From the NCBI RefSeq assembly GCF_963921235.1, contig NC_086112.1:53816001-53880000 (forward strand): a stretch of 64,000 bases of DNA, written 5' to 3'. Both the position numbers and the translations under genes were made by a program. Shown piece after piece: positions 23,646 through 37,141 of the stretch. Positions within the stretch are counted from its first letter, which is position 1. Each line of letters starts with the position of its first letter. This DNA comes from Mobula hypostoma (lineage: Eukaryota). The notes below the pieces were generated by a model that did not search any database, was not told the origin of the DNA, and worked only from the letters and a program-made list of their open reading frames with translations.

Positions 23646-25974
23646 TGTTGGCCCTCTTGGATTACTGGTGGCTGTCCATCGGTATGTCCTGGGATGAAAA
23701 TCAGGAAGAAAATATTTTTAAAAACTGCAGATGCTGGAAATCTAAAACAAAACAGAAAATTCTTAAAACTCACAGCAAATAAAGCAGCATCTGTGGAAAT
23801 GTTTCAGGTCGAAAGGACTTTTGATTGGCTGAGTGCTTCCAACATTTTTCGTGCTTATTTTTTGTTCTAATGTTGCTGTTGACTTGTGGGAACACTTCTG
23901 TTCCTCCTGGCTCTAAAGAAATGCACTGGTGGCTAGCTTTTCTTATGGCACAATGGCTGATGAATATTCTTGAGCTCCACTCACTAGAAACATGTTTTCC
24001 AGAGAAGTCCTTGCACTGACATTGGCCTCTCCCTATCATTTCAGCCAGTTCTATAACATGTTTTAGAAATGCCTAAATATGGGCCAATGAATTTACAACA
24101 GCACGGATGTATGCGCAGATAACACATCAATCTGTGTTTTCCATCTTGCCTATTGCATTTGGTGCCTGACAATGTGACATGTATTTCTACTAAAATGATG
24201 TTTTTCTGCTACGAATAATTGAACAGTTTGTATCAAAATTAAGGCTATATCATGATATATTGTATGTTAGCACCATTAACATCTAAGTCTCCCACTGATG
24301 ACCAGGGTTGTGCTTTCTGGGGTCTTTCAACTACCACATTCAAAAGATGTGTTTACAAAATATTGCTAATAACACGTGACCATGTCTAACAGTCTTATCG
24401 GAGCTTAAATGCAAACGGAGGGAAAAGATATATTTCAGAATCTTGACTTGAACAGAATTTTTAATTAGTCTTCCTTTAACAATCCTTTAAAATGGACAAA
24501 AAATTGTGAAACCTCACCACAGATTGTATTTTGTTTTGAGTCAAATCATTACTATATATTAAATAGTTTTGACTAGCCTGATAAAAAGGCAATAACAATG
24601 GATAATGAAGCCACTGCCTGAACAAAAGATTAAATCAATTTTCAGCATCTAAATGTTTATTAATCTATAAAAGGATGTATGAACTCAAGGAATTATCCTT
24701 CTTCCTGAAATGAAAGATGGAAAATTATCTTTTAATGCAAAATACTACTGGAATCTGACATTAAAAAATTGGCAGTGTTCAGCAGTTTCGGTAACATTTG
24801 AGGCAAAAGATGAAAAATTAATGTGTCAGGTCAATGAACGTTCAACAATACCTGTTAAAGTTAGAGATAAGCAGTATTTATTAAAAATGCAGATTGTGGA
24901 GGAGATGGAGAGAGAGATCAAAAGAGAATGGAACAATGATGGGTCATAGAGATATACAGCCCTGAAATGGGCCTACTGGTCTACAATGCCCATGCCAACT
25001 TTGCCCATTTACACTACACTAATGTTTGCATTAGTATCGTATCTTTGTATTCCCTGACTATTTTAATGTTTGTCATTATGCATGCCACTGGAAGGTTTTT
25101 TTTACTAATATCCATTACCTCTGAGACCAGAATAAAATGTCATTTTCCTTTTGCCCAGTGGTTATCATGCAGTTTTTAATATGCATTTATGCTAACTAAC
25201 TTCTCTCATTCTTCTGCAAGAATTTTCAAGTTTTTTTTTCCTTCTTAGTTCACAAACTGTTGAGGAAGATATCTGGTTAGTTTTTTGTGTAATAACTTTT
25301 TTTCTGTTGTTTTCTAAACAAATACATATTTTGAAGCAAAGTATAATTTGGGTTACACAGCAAAAATAGAAGAATAAAAATTAGAGGAGGTTCCCATTAA
25401 ACTACAGAGTGTTCAGGCTAGTTTGACCTTCAATACTGGATCTAGTTTCAGACCTATAAAGAAGATATTGATGCAAGGATTTGTAATCACTCTGGGAGAA
25501 TGCTATAAGTAGCATTCTTCAGGGGTCTGTTCACAAGATTCTAACTGCTTAATGACTTTGTAACTGTTCCATGCCAGAAATTACAAACTAATGAAAGTGT
25601 CCAACTCCAAAAAGAGCACTCTACAGTTGAAGTTGAATGTAATCATGAAGTGACAACTGAAATGTAATGTACACTAATACAAAGTGTTTTCTATGGGAGG
25701 ACAAAAATCAAGTAAGTGCTAACATCAAACTGAAAGAATGTGCATAGAAATTGTAAGACGTCCATTAGGAATAAATTGACGCTTTTGCAATGCCGATGAG
25801 TAAAGAAAATCAAATGCTGGAATTGTCACACTGAGCCAAAATGCTGAGTAAATCCAGCTAACTTAGAAATAAGTGCAACTACACTCATTTTGTTATGTAA
25901 GGTTCTGATCTTCTCCTCCAGCTGTTCTTCACCTGGACATTAGCACTCTGTTTATTCCACTCCTGTGGTCATGG

Positions 25975-26535
25975 AGTATGAGAGTCAGGAAGTCACAATG
26001 CGGTTGTGTAAAACTTCAGCTAGATGCACTTGGAGTATTGTGGATAGTTCTGATTGCCCCACTACAGGAAAGATGTTGAAGCCTTGGAGAGAGTGCAGCC
26101 GAGATTTACCAGGATGCTTCCTGGATTAGAGAGTATGAGCTATAAGCACAGGTTGGGTCAATTTGAATTGTTTTCTCAGAGTGTCAGAGATTGAGGGGAG
26201 ACATGAGAGAAATTATAGGAGCCATGCAGAATTTTCTCCCAGGGTAAAGATGTCAAATACTAGAGAACATTGCTTTAAGGTGAGTGAGGGAAAGTTTAAA
26301 GGAGATATACAGGACAATTTGGTAGGTGGCTGGCATGTGCTGGTAGGGGTATTGGTGGAAGCAGATATGACACTGCTATTCAAGAGGCTTTTGGATAGGT
26401 ACATGAATATTCAGAGAATGGAGGGATATACTGTAGATCATGAGCAGGCAGAAGGGATTGGTCTAAATTAGCACAATCTTCTGCACAGACATCATGGGCC
26501 AAAGGGCCTGTTCCTGAACGGTATTATTCTGTGTA
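25975..26535 (+). mobile_element. CR1 3' fragment
   Basis: LEYCG.F..P.YRKDVEALERVQ.RFTRMLPG motif followed by a 3'UTR. Confidence 0.75.
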
Positions 26536-26619
26536 TGTTATCCATCCAACCGGTGTCAGAGAATCACTTTCAATAGCATCCCCACCATCACCTCTTGGTG
26601 TTCCCAAGAATCTAACTTT

Positions 26620-26770
26620 GCTCTTCATCAGTTCTGAAACATTGACTGTTTTATTCCTTTCCATAACTGTCAACGTTTCCTTTCAGCCCGAAACGTCGAC
26701 AGTTTATTCCTTTCCGTGGATACTGCCTGACCTGCTGAGTTTCTCCAGCATTTTGTACGTGTTACTAGAA
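26620..26770 (+). mobile_element. Penelope-like pLTR fragment with the 3' half of a hammerhead motif
   Basis: gcccgaaacgtcgacag followed by the gatactgcctgacctgctgagtttctccagc repeat. Confidence 0.6.
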
Positions 26771-26937
26771 TTTTACCTATTTTTATATACTTCAGTTCTC
26801 TAGAGACAATATTGAGTTTGCCTATTTCAGATCATAATCATTGAATTGTTTCTTTCCACAACAGAATCCACTGTTGCGATTTTACAGCTCTTATAGATTC
26901 ATTATTTTTGTCTTTCGTTGTGAATTCACCATCCAAG

Positions 26938-27068
26938 CATGGGGTGAAAGCAGGGGAGTGGGGATGACTGGAAGCATTGGATCAGCCCATGATTGAATGG
27001 CGGAGCAGACTCGGTGGACCGAATGGCCTGCTTCTGCTCCTGTATCTTATGGTCTTATGGTTTTATGG
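26938..27068 (+). mobile_element. CR1 3'UTR and tail
   Basis: gaatggcctgcttctgctcctg followed by a (tcttatgg)n tail. Confidence 0.7.
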
Positions 27069-28574
27069 TAATTTTTGTATCAGAAAGCTAGCTCTGCAGC
27101 CAATTTAAGATGACTAAGTTGTTTTGGTAAATTAGCATTTCATACGGTGATCTTTGTCTCCAGCTTTCATGCAGTATTAATGTGTTAACTGATCCAAGGG
27201 AGTGTGTTGTGGGAAGAGCGAACAGCCCTCTTTTGTGGATCATTCATTTTGGAAGTGACATTATCAGAGGAATAATTAAGCAATCATACATATTAATAAT
27301 AACATTTAGTCTGTTTTTAAATCCATCCCAGAATTTACTACACATTCCATAGATTTCAAAAGCCAAAATAAAGTCTTTTAAGCTTCAGAACTGATAATCA
27401 ACAAAGGAACAAGTAGGGTGGCAGTGGTGGGTGCAATACGTATCAGTGGTGGGCTTAATAGAACTGAAAGTGCAAGCTAGAGTGCTCATTGACTTGAAAA
27501 TAAGACCTCTGTGCCTAGAAATTCCTCACGTCTTGGTAGCACTGAACAAGAGCACATTATATTCCAAAGTGGAACTGAATATCAGACAAAGTGTGCTGTC
27601 ATTACTATATAACATACTTAGCACAATTGACTAAGGACGAACAGCTCTGAATAACAAGACTTGAATGTAGTATAAAAGGATTAAAGAGATATGATTTGAT
27701 ACTGTCAGAAAATGTGTATAGTGAGAGAATAAGAACATGCAGGAAGTTTATTAATTTCACACTAGCTGCTCATTAGTTTGACTGCAGTCTACAGCCTGCA
27801 ATAATCACCCTGTTAATTGGATACACTGATACTTGAGAGATTAGGCAAACTTGAAACTTGTCTGCAATACTGAAAGCCACTTCTTAAGGATGAAGTGCCA
27901 CTATGGTTGTAGAAGACTGTAATTTAAGCTACCCTGGATATCACGGTAAAATGCAAGACATTCCAGGATCCTCCACATCACACAGGAGGCTTTGGCAGAG
28001 AGGCAGAGAGAGGAGAAGAGATATGATCTTGCTTTGAGAAGCTAGCCAGCAATATCCAGAACCTGAATGGAGGCATGGTCATCCTCCAGGCCACTTTAAA
28101 TTAACAGCCTGTTATCAGGCATGCTGCAGATACAGGAGAGGGACTAGAACAGGTAAAGAAAGACAGAAGACATCAATGCATCTGGGCAATGTGCTATCCT
28201 TCAATCTATGAATTTGCTTTCAAATCTTTAATTTGCTTTGCTTTTTATTTTTGCAATGTGCCCATAGATCAGTGGCAGCAGGAAGATAATCTGTGACACT
28301 GAGAGTGAATGAAAATAAATGCAACACTTACTGTTTTTGCAGGTACATGATTCATTCATGGACGTTCTGGCAAAAGAGAGAGTCTAAATAACTCACTCTT
28401 TCCTTTTGCTTCACTTCTGTTTGTAGACAGTAGTCTAGCTTAGATACTTAAGCAAGTCAGAGCATCTGGAGGACACATTTAATATTCTAGATGAACAGAA
28501 AATAGTTAATACTGTTATATGTAAAACAATATGTATTGACAGTAAAGCATAAATAAAGTATGAACAATAAGAAA

Positions 28575-28980
28575 CAGATCAGAATCACGGGTTTGCATGA
28601 CATGAAACTTGTTGTTTTGCAGCAGCAGTGAACTACAAGAGGGCAACTCCCAGTTGGTGAAGGTCCTTAGTAATGCATGCTGCTCCCTTGAGACCCTGAT
28701 TTTTGAAGATGATCTCAGTGGGGATGGTTGTGCCCATGATGGAACTGGCTGAATCCACAATCCTCTGCAGTTTCTTGTTATCCTGTGCATGGGAGCCTCC
28801 ATACCAGGCAATAATGCAACTACTCAGAATGTTCTCCACCATACATCGATAGATATTTGCAAGAGTCTTTGTTGATATACCAAATCTCCTCAAACACCTG
28901 ATGAATTAGAGCCAAAGGCATACCTTCATTCTAATTACATCCATGTGTTGGCCCCAGGATAGCTTCCTATAGATGTTAAT
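28575..28980 (-). mobile_element. Rex1/Babar-type 3' fragment
   Basis: RRFGISTKTL...ENILSSCIIAWYG peptide; cagaatc tail. Confidence 0.7.
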
Positions 28981-29238
28981 TAAACTTTGTAAGTTTCATC
29001 ATATCAATGTTACCATTTTATAAACCAGTTCTGATTTAAATGCCTGAATTCTACGAGTTGTATTAATAGTGAAGCAAATTAAATAAGGAATTGCCAAGGA
29101 TTTAAAAAATGACAATAAACTTGAGCTCAGACTTTTGAAATAAAGTAACTGTAAGCAAACTGAACCAACTTCACTGAGAAATTAGCCATTTTTCAAAATT
29201 AGCAATTCTTGTTCCAAATTAAAATAGGAAAACAAGTA

Positions 29239-30045
29239 CAGTGGATTCGGGTTAATCGGGTCACATTGGGATCAATCATTTTGGCCCAATTAAGGGCTGC
29301 CTCAATTAGCCGAAGATTCATGGAAATAATTAAAAACCTGTAAAAAAGACAAACTACCATTTAACTGAGTAACAATTATGTACTTAAATGAAATACAGAA
29401 CAAATGAGAACACTAACAATACTACGATAGTACTATAAAACTAGTTCTTAATAGATATCGACAGAAGAATTCGTACACTGCCATGTTCTTTTGATTGACT
29501 GTAAATGAACAAAATCAGTGTAGGTAATGGACTGCCTTCATCCAATTCTTTAATGATTACCCACTCTAAATCTTCATTTTCATTTTAACATTCAAGAAGA
29601 TTGTTGATACTTTCTAGTTCTTCATAGCTTCTAACTTGTGGAAGTAGTGCAATTGTTCCATTTTCACTCTGTGCCGTTTCTGGCAACTCTAAGCCCGAAT
29701 GCTTGAAACCACAGTGAGCAAAACAGTTATGAATTGTCTCACTGCTTATTTCTCACCAACTATCAGTATCAAAAATCACTGCTTTGCGAACACAAGCATA
29801 CGCAAATGACGCTATTTAAAAACTTCTCACTTTAAGCAAGGTGTAGTGTCTAATAGCCACACAAGTGCACACGACTGACATTAGAAAATTTGGCAATAGT
29901 CTCCTGTCCCAATTAGATGGCTAATGTTGCAAATAAATGAAGGGAATCCCAGCTATTTTCTTTATTAGTTTTTTGTTCTTTAAGGGTTATCCCAAATAAG
30001 CGGCTGCCTTGATAAACCACTGACCTAAATAACCAGAATCCATTG
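29239..30045. mobile_element. Tigger/pogo-type MITE
   Basis: TA-flanked inverted termini cagtggattcgggttaat ... ataaccagaatccattg, with subterminal cccaa.taag.ggctgcc repeats. Confidence 0.78.
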
Positions 30046-32559
30046 TACTCTGGTTATTAGCTAACAAAGCCAGAATTTAGACAGCAGTCAACTGCTCTCA
30101 TCTGTTGTCAGTGGCTCAGAGAAGGACTGTCAATGGGGTGCTCATAGGGGTTCAGTGTAATTTTTACTTCTGTACTTATGCAGTAAAGCATAGAACTACG
30201 ATGAACACTGTAGGTCAGTTGTCAGTCTACCTGATCTCTTGCTCCACTGAGTCCAGAGGCAGTATCAGATTATTATGAACTGAAGGGTCAGATAAACTTT
30301 GTATGTAGTCCCTCAGCTTTATATCACCCATGTGCAGTGCATATAGCACAGGCTCTCTCCTTTGGGTAGTGGCCATACCTGTGTAGAAAAGGTAAGTAAA
30401 GCATTAATATTTTAAAATAATTCACAAGAAGTTATCAAGGTGATCTGGGGTAGGAGCATAGGACCGGCTATTCCTTGGGTGGTCACAGCAACAAGGCTTT
30501 GGGTCCATTTGGAGTCATTTGAGTGCAAAGTGTCCTGAAGGGATAGTGAAGAGGGTTAATTCAAGGCAAGGCCTGGATCTAGCACAATCTGGAGCATGTG
30601 ATCATCATTCACTGGGAATTTCCTTCTTGTCAACATCCCAATGCCATTTAATTGGAAATTTTCTCATCCCAGTGGGAATTCCTGACTGCTTATTCCAGGG
30701 TGATGGTAATTAAAATGAGTTTGGTGAATTCTGAGCAGGCACTTGCCCTTGTTGAAGGTGATGATGCTGGAAGAGGAAGTGTTAGACGGTTGAAGTGGAA
30801 CCTGCTGAAAGAGTATATCAAATGACTGTTTCGTGTACTGTAAGCGAGAACACAATGAAGTGAAATACATCAGATGATATGTTCTGGTCAGTTGAGTGTC
30901 ATTTGTTTTTGCCCATTAATACTTTTATCTGGATATTCTACAGCTTTGTTTGTTCTGGCAGAAAATATGGCAAGAGGAATGGAACAGGGGATTTCATATA
31001 ATTCTAGATGTAATTCCATCCATTTAGATATAGAATAACTATTGATTTGAGCCTGGGTAAAGACAGAAACAATAGTTAGAACAGTTCCTGGTACTATTTT
31101 TAAAAAGGACTTGAATAAGAGAGAATTCTGGCTGCACCAAATAGCTTTCTTCCCAGATTGTGTTTTCAGCTCAAGTGGAGTAACTTTATTTTGAACTATC
31201 TTCTTAGTATGTGTGGGGTTTGCAATAAAGAAAATAAATTAGATCTGAATAAAATCAGAAGAAGTCTTATTTATGTTTCAAATACTGCTTCCAAATTGCA
31301 TATAACACTTCATAGAATTTCACTAAGGAAAATGCCGAGCATATTGTGTAATGAATCATATGATCATTTCATAGATGAATCTGTCGAAGCTCTAAAAATA
31401 CAATACAAAAGTAGTTTAAGAATCTGAGCGACATCGAAAGCATTAAAGAATTGATGCAAAGAAATATTGATCAAATGCTGCATAAACTGAGAAATTAAAC
31501 CAGAGGAAATTAAATTGACAAGGAACAATCTTGACCGAACTATTGGAAACCATTTCTGTAGTTTTCTTTAAAAAGAGTGGCAGGGAAGAACTTATTGCAT
31601 AGTCAATACTGCACTTCTAAGCTTAGGGCAATAGATCAAAATAATAATGGAATGAACGACTTAGAACTCAATCGTGCAGCAAGTTTTATTATGGGAATTC
31701 ATGTAGGAAATCCAGAGATATGCTTGGAAAATAACCTATGTACAGATCTTGGAAAAAGAAAACTAGGATTTGATATGAAATTAAATTATAGGCAAGAGGA
31801 TGAGAGAGAGAGAGAGAGGGAAAGCTTGCCATTGTGTTCTGGTGCTTTACTTCAAGGCTATAACCAGTTGCAGGGAATTCATATCGGGTAATAAAGAAGA
31901 TATGAAACTGAAAATTAAAATATGCTAATCCATAATGGGTATGTAACTAGATAATAATTTACAATATATTGACTTAGAACAAATAAGTTGTTAAGGAATA
32001 CTGTAGTTCAAGAAGGTATATCTATGTGTTATTGAATAAATTGATACACAGAATTGTTTCATACACTATGCTGTGTAATTAGTATCATGGAATTAGAAGA
32101 AAATCAGAAGAGCTATCAGAGGAACAATAAGAAATGTTCACAGAAATAAAAGATAATCTGGAAGCAGAATGTAACAGCTGTCAAGATACTTCTTTTATTT
32201 ATGTTTGTATGGTTCTGATTGCTTACACAGTGTTCTTCACGAATGTAAAGAACAACAAAGAGTGCAACAATGAACAAAGACAAGTCTCGCAGCAACTTAA
32301 AAGAGCTACGATATCAGGATCAGTAGTCATGGAGAACACACTTTGTTCTTATCTTGTGCTTTCGGTCTTGTGCTATTGGTCTCGTGCACAGTTGTTACAC
32401 TTGGCAAGCACCTTCTGTTCGTCAAGCCTGACACTGTACTATGCATAAGTAAGCTATTAATATTCTGCTTTCATAGACTGATTTAAAATCTGCATCCCAC
32501 TTCTTATGAATTATAATTGGTTAAATAAAATGCTGCATTTACCTTCACTTCATAAGCTA

Positions 32560-34990
32560 TAATCTCTGCTGTGTTTTCATCATTCTCTCTGACCTTTCCC
32601 TGTCCGAGGCAGAACATTCTTTCCTTGGCAAGGGCCTTACCTTTGTTTCCCTTTGCCCATATCTCACAGAGTTCTGCGCCCACCTCTTCCCCCATCGCCT
32701 CCATCTCCGAGCCCGCTTCTTTGGCAAGAGTTCCCCACCCTCACCCGATAACCCTTTCTCCTGTCCCCAACTCTTCCTCCTCTTGGACATCCTGCTCTGG
32801 ATCTTTTCATCTTAAATTGTCAATGAAACATCACCCGGCTTAACTTCCGCACTCTTCTCACCTCTTCAGATATTACCTCCTCTAAATGCACTACTCTCAA
32901 CTCTCTCTGCACCAATCCCAACCGTACCATCGATCCTGCAGACAAAGGGGAGCCATTGCAGTTGTGGTTGACTGATCTCTACCTTGCTGGGGCCAGGTTT
33001 CAATTCTCAGACACCTCCTCTAACTTACCCCTTATCAGCTGTCTACCGGCCATCACTAACCTCATCCAATCTGGAGATCTTCCATCCACTGCCACTAAAC
33101 TCATAATTATCTTACATGGCACTGCTCATTTCTACCTCCTACCCAAGATCCACAAGCCTGACTGCCTATTGTGTCTGCCTGCTCCTGCCCCACTGAACTC
33201 GTGTTCGTGTACCCTGACTCCATTCAATCCCTCTTGGTTCAGTCCCTTCTCAACTACATTTGCTCCCTGGTTCAATTCCTTGGTTCTGACCGCCTCATTT
33301 TCACCATAGATGTCCAATCACTACATACTTCTTTCCCCCACCAAGAAGACCTTAAAGCTCTCTGCTTCTTTCTCAACAAAAGACCCAACCACCCTTCTCC
33401 ATCTGGCAGAGTTGGTCCTCACTCTCAATCATTTTCCCTTGGCTCCTCCCACCTTCAACAAACTCTACGGGTAGCCTTGGGCACCTGCATGGGCTCCAGT
33501 TATACCTGCCTTTTTCGTTGGCTATGTGGAACAGTCCATGTTTCATTATCTTCCATGGTAATGCTTCCCAACTATTTCTGACTATGTTGATTACTGCATG
33601 GGTGCTGCTTCATGCATCAACGCAGAGCTCATCAATTTCACCAACTTTGGCTCCAACTTCCACCCTGTTCTTAAATTCACTTGGTCCATTTCTGACAACT
33701 GGCTCCCCTTTCTCCAACTCTCTGCCTCCATCTCTGGAGACAAACCGTCTAGCAACAACTTTTATAAATGTACCAATTCCCATGGCTATCTTAACTGTAC
33801 CTTACCTACCGTATCTTCTGTAAAAACACTATTCCCTTTTCTCAGTTCCTTCAGATATGCCATGTCTGTTGCCAAGACAAGGCTTTCAGAGGTCAGAGAT
33901 GTCCTCCTTCCTCAAAGAACAGGGTTTCCCCTTCCTCAACCATTGATGCTGTTCTCACTCGCATCCCCTCCATTTTCAAAGAACAGGGTTTCCCCTTCCT
34001 CAACCATTGATGCTGTTGTCACTCGCATCTCCTCCATTTTCCAAGAACAGGGTTTCCCCTTCCTCAACCATTGATGCTGTTCTCACTCGCATCTCCTCCA
34101 TTTTCCCAAAATCTGCTCTCACCCTATCTTCCTGCCACCTTAACAGTGATAGAGTTTCTCTTGTGTTCACCAACCACACCATGAGCATCCACATCCAAAT
34201 CAGCATTCTCTGCAACTTTTGCCACCTTCAATAAGATCCTGCAACCAAATACATCTTTACCTCCTCCCTGTCCCCTTTCACTTGCCCAGGGAATCGCTCC
34301 ATCTGATCCTCTTGTCCATTTGTCCCTCCCAACTAATCTCCCTCCTGGCACACACCCTACAAGCAAAAGAAATGGTGTACCTGCCAATTCACCTCCTCCC
34401 TCACCTCCATTCAGGGTCCCAAAAAGTCCTTCCAGGTGAGGCAACAGTTCAGCTGCATTTCTAATGTATCTAGTGTTCTTGATGCAGCCTTCTCTACATA
34501 GGTGAGACCCAATGTAAATTAGGGGGCTGCTTTGTCAGGTACCTACACTTTTTAGTTTTCAACCTGATGGTATGAACATTGATTTCTCTTTCCAGTAATT
34601 TTTTTTTTCTTAGCCCCTCTCCCTTCCCTCTTATTCCATTCCCCGCTCTGGCCTCTTACCTCTTGTCCTCACCTGCCTATCACCTCCCCCTACCGCCCCT
34701 TTTCCTTCCATTTCCCTCACAGTCCACTCTCCTCTCCTATCAGATTCATTCTTTCACCAGTCCTTTACCCTTCCCACCCATCTGGCTTCACCTATCATAT
34801 CTTAGCTTGCCCTCCTTCCCTTCCCCTCCCTTTTTATTCTGGTGTCTTCCTCCTTCCTTTCCAGTCCTGAAGAACTGTCTCAGTCTGAAAGGTCACCTGT
34901 TCAATCATTTACATAGATGCCGCCAGACCTGCTGATTTTCCAGTATTTTGTGTGTGTTGTTCTGGACTTCCATCATCTGTTGAATCTATG
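32560..34990 (+). mobile_element. Decayed Penelope-like retroelement (RT region, remnant endonuclease region and 3' pLTR)
   Basis: PADKGGAI, FYLLPKIHKPD, TIDVQSLHTS and LKFTWSIS..LPFL motifs with frameshifts. Degenerate hammerhead (CTGAAGA...GAAA) at 34862-34899 in the terminal repeat. Confidence 0.82.
33913..34104 (+). repeat. Tandem triplication of a 64-bp unit
   Basis: Near-identical units start at 33913, 33977 and 34041. Confidence 0.92.
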
Positions 34991-35084
34991 TATCTACCTT
35001 CACTTCGTGTTTAGACTGAATTTAATTTTCATGACTTGACTTCTTATGACATACTATACAAATCAAGTCATATTTTGGTTCCTT

Positions 35085-35260
35085 CTGTCTTTCTGAGTAC
35101 TTACTCTCTCTCCCTTTTTCTTTCACTCTCTGTCCCTCTGTATTTCTTTCTCCCTGACTCTGTCTTTCCTTCTGACTTTTTTTCTCAGTCTGTCTGTCTG
35201 ACTCTGCATGTCTATCTGTTTCTCTGTCTGTTTGTCTATCTCTCTCTGTAATCTGTTGTT
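35085..35260. repeat. CT/TCTG-rich low-complexity tract
   Basis: Degenerate (tc)n and (tctg)n sequence. Confidence 0.7.
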
Positions 35261-35693
35261 CTCTGACATTTATCCTCATTCCAGCAACCTTAAACACTAA
35301 CACTGTTTCCCTACACACAGATGTAATTTAAGTTTCTACGGTATTTTCTCTTTTATTTTCAGATTTCTATCCTAGAGAATTCTTTTTTTTTGACTTTTCC
35401 TCACAATATGTATAATTTCCCCTTTGACATTGTTTTTCTTATGTCTTATCCTTTCCATCTCCTGCTCCTTCTGTATATTTCTATCCAGGACTCTGCATGT
35501 GTGGCTATCTTTCTCTCCTCTTCCCTTAACTCTGACGGGTAATGCAAGCCATTGCTGTAGGCTGTTGGTTGGGGCTCCAAGCACAAGGGACCTTGTACAC
35601 CTAAATACATTCTTGATGAAAATCGATGCTGATTTCAACAAAAACAAATACATTGGGGGCAAAATGGAATTTGATTTTAAGATGGTAAGATTG

Positions 35694-35881
35694 NNNNNNN
35701 NNNNNNNNNNNNNNNNNNNNNNNNNNNNNNNNNNNNNNNNNNNNNNNNNNNNNNNNNNNNNNNNNNNNNNNNNNNNNNNNNNNNNNNNNNNNNNNNNNNN
35801 NNNNNNNNNNNNNNNNNNNNNNNNNNNNNNNNNNNNNNNNNNNNNNNNNNNNNNNNNNNNNNNNNNNNNNNNNNNNNNNNN
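35694..35881. other. Assembly gap (188 N)
   Basis: Run of N. Confidence 0.99.
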
Positions 35882-37141
35882 TTGCACTGCTGGATGATGA
35901 CATTCAGAAGATTTACAAGCTTTTGCCACTCTTCCATGAGGATTCCCTGTATTAAATATTTGCCCAGAGTCCCCAGGTATATTTAAAGATTTCCAAACTC
36001 AAACCAATGCAATGCGGGATTTCTGAGATAATGCAGAAAAGATGGAAGTACTCAGTAGGTCAGACTGACTATGGAGAGAAAAGCAGGGTTAAAGTTTCAA
36101 GTTAATGACCTTTAAGTTAGTTATTGAAGATCATTGACCCGAAATTCTTTGATGCTCTCCCTGCAGATGCTATCTGACCTCCTGAATAATTTAAACTTTT
36201 CATGGCTGCGTAGATTTAAAGAATTGTCCCCTTTGGCAAATTATAACTGCTATGTTGTAATGCTTTATTAGAAAGTGTTACGTGCATTGTTATTCTTACT
36301 GAAGTTTTCTAAAGGTTCAATGAGGCAAACAGGCTAAAATGGGTATTTGCAATGCTGCAATTTTAAAAAAAGTTGCTAATCGTCTTCCTTGTTTCACATC
36401 AAGAAAAATAAATAAATCTGAAATCTTAGTCAAAAACTCAAATACCAAATAGCGTAAAAGTAAGTAGCTGATGTATATATTTTCACTGCTGTGGTCATTC
36501 TTGTTTTCTCTCATTTATTTAAAGATATTTGTACAAATATACAGTAATCAATTATCTGTTGTCTTTGTGCTTTATGAAAATCTCCCCTTATTTCTTCACT
36601 CTCCAATGCACTTTGAACTAATTATTATGCGGGGTAAGTATGCATGCATTTGAAATATTTTACATGCAATTTTCCAACACTAAAGTACAATCCTATAATA
36701 GGAGTAAATTTTGGGGATTTTGGATGACCATATCTGATAAAATCATATGGTTAAAATACTCAAAACAGACACATTCATATTTTTGGATCTACATTTTTAA
36801 TGAATTTTTTGCCTTATTCTCAACAAGTTTTTGTCCTCAACAAGTTTGATGCAAACAGGAGCATGTGCACCCGCAACACTTCTTGAAGAGAATGACTAGG
36901 TCTTTTGTTTTGCTGACATTGAGGAAAGGGTTGTTTTGATGACACCATGTCACTAGGCTTTCTATCTTCTTCCTGTACTCCAACTCATCGTTATTTGAGA
37001 TGCGGCCCACTACAGTGACATCATCTCCAAACCTGTAGATGGAGTTAGAGTAGATTCTGGCGAATAAAGAGTGGTTCAGGGAGCTAAGGATACAAGGCAC
37101 TAGAGTTAAGGATAATATTGGTGAATGTGTTGCTACCTATC

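Noticed and set aside
33913-34104. CRISPR-like array
   Set aside because: Contiguous tandem units with no unique spacers, in a vertebrate genome.
35372-35937. ORFs spanning poly-X
   Set aside because: Artefacts of the N gap.
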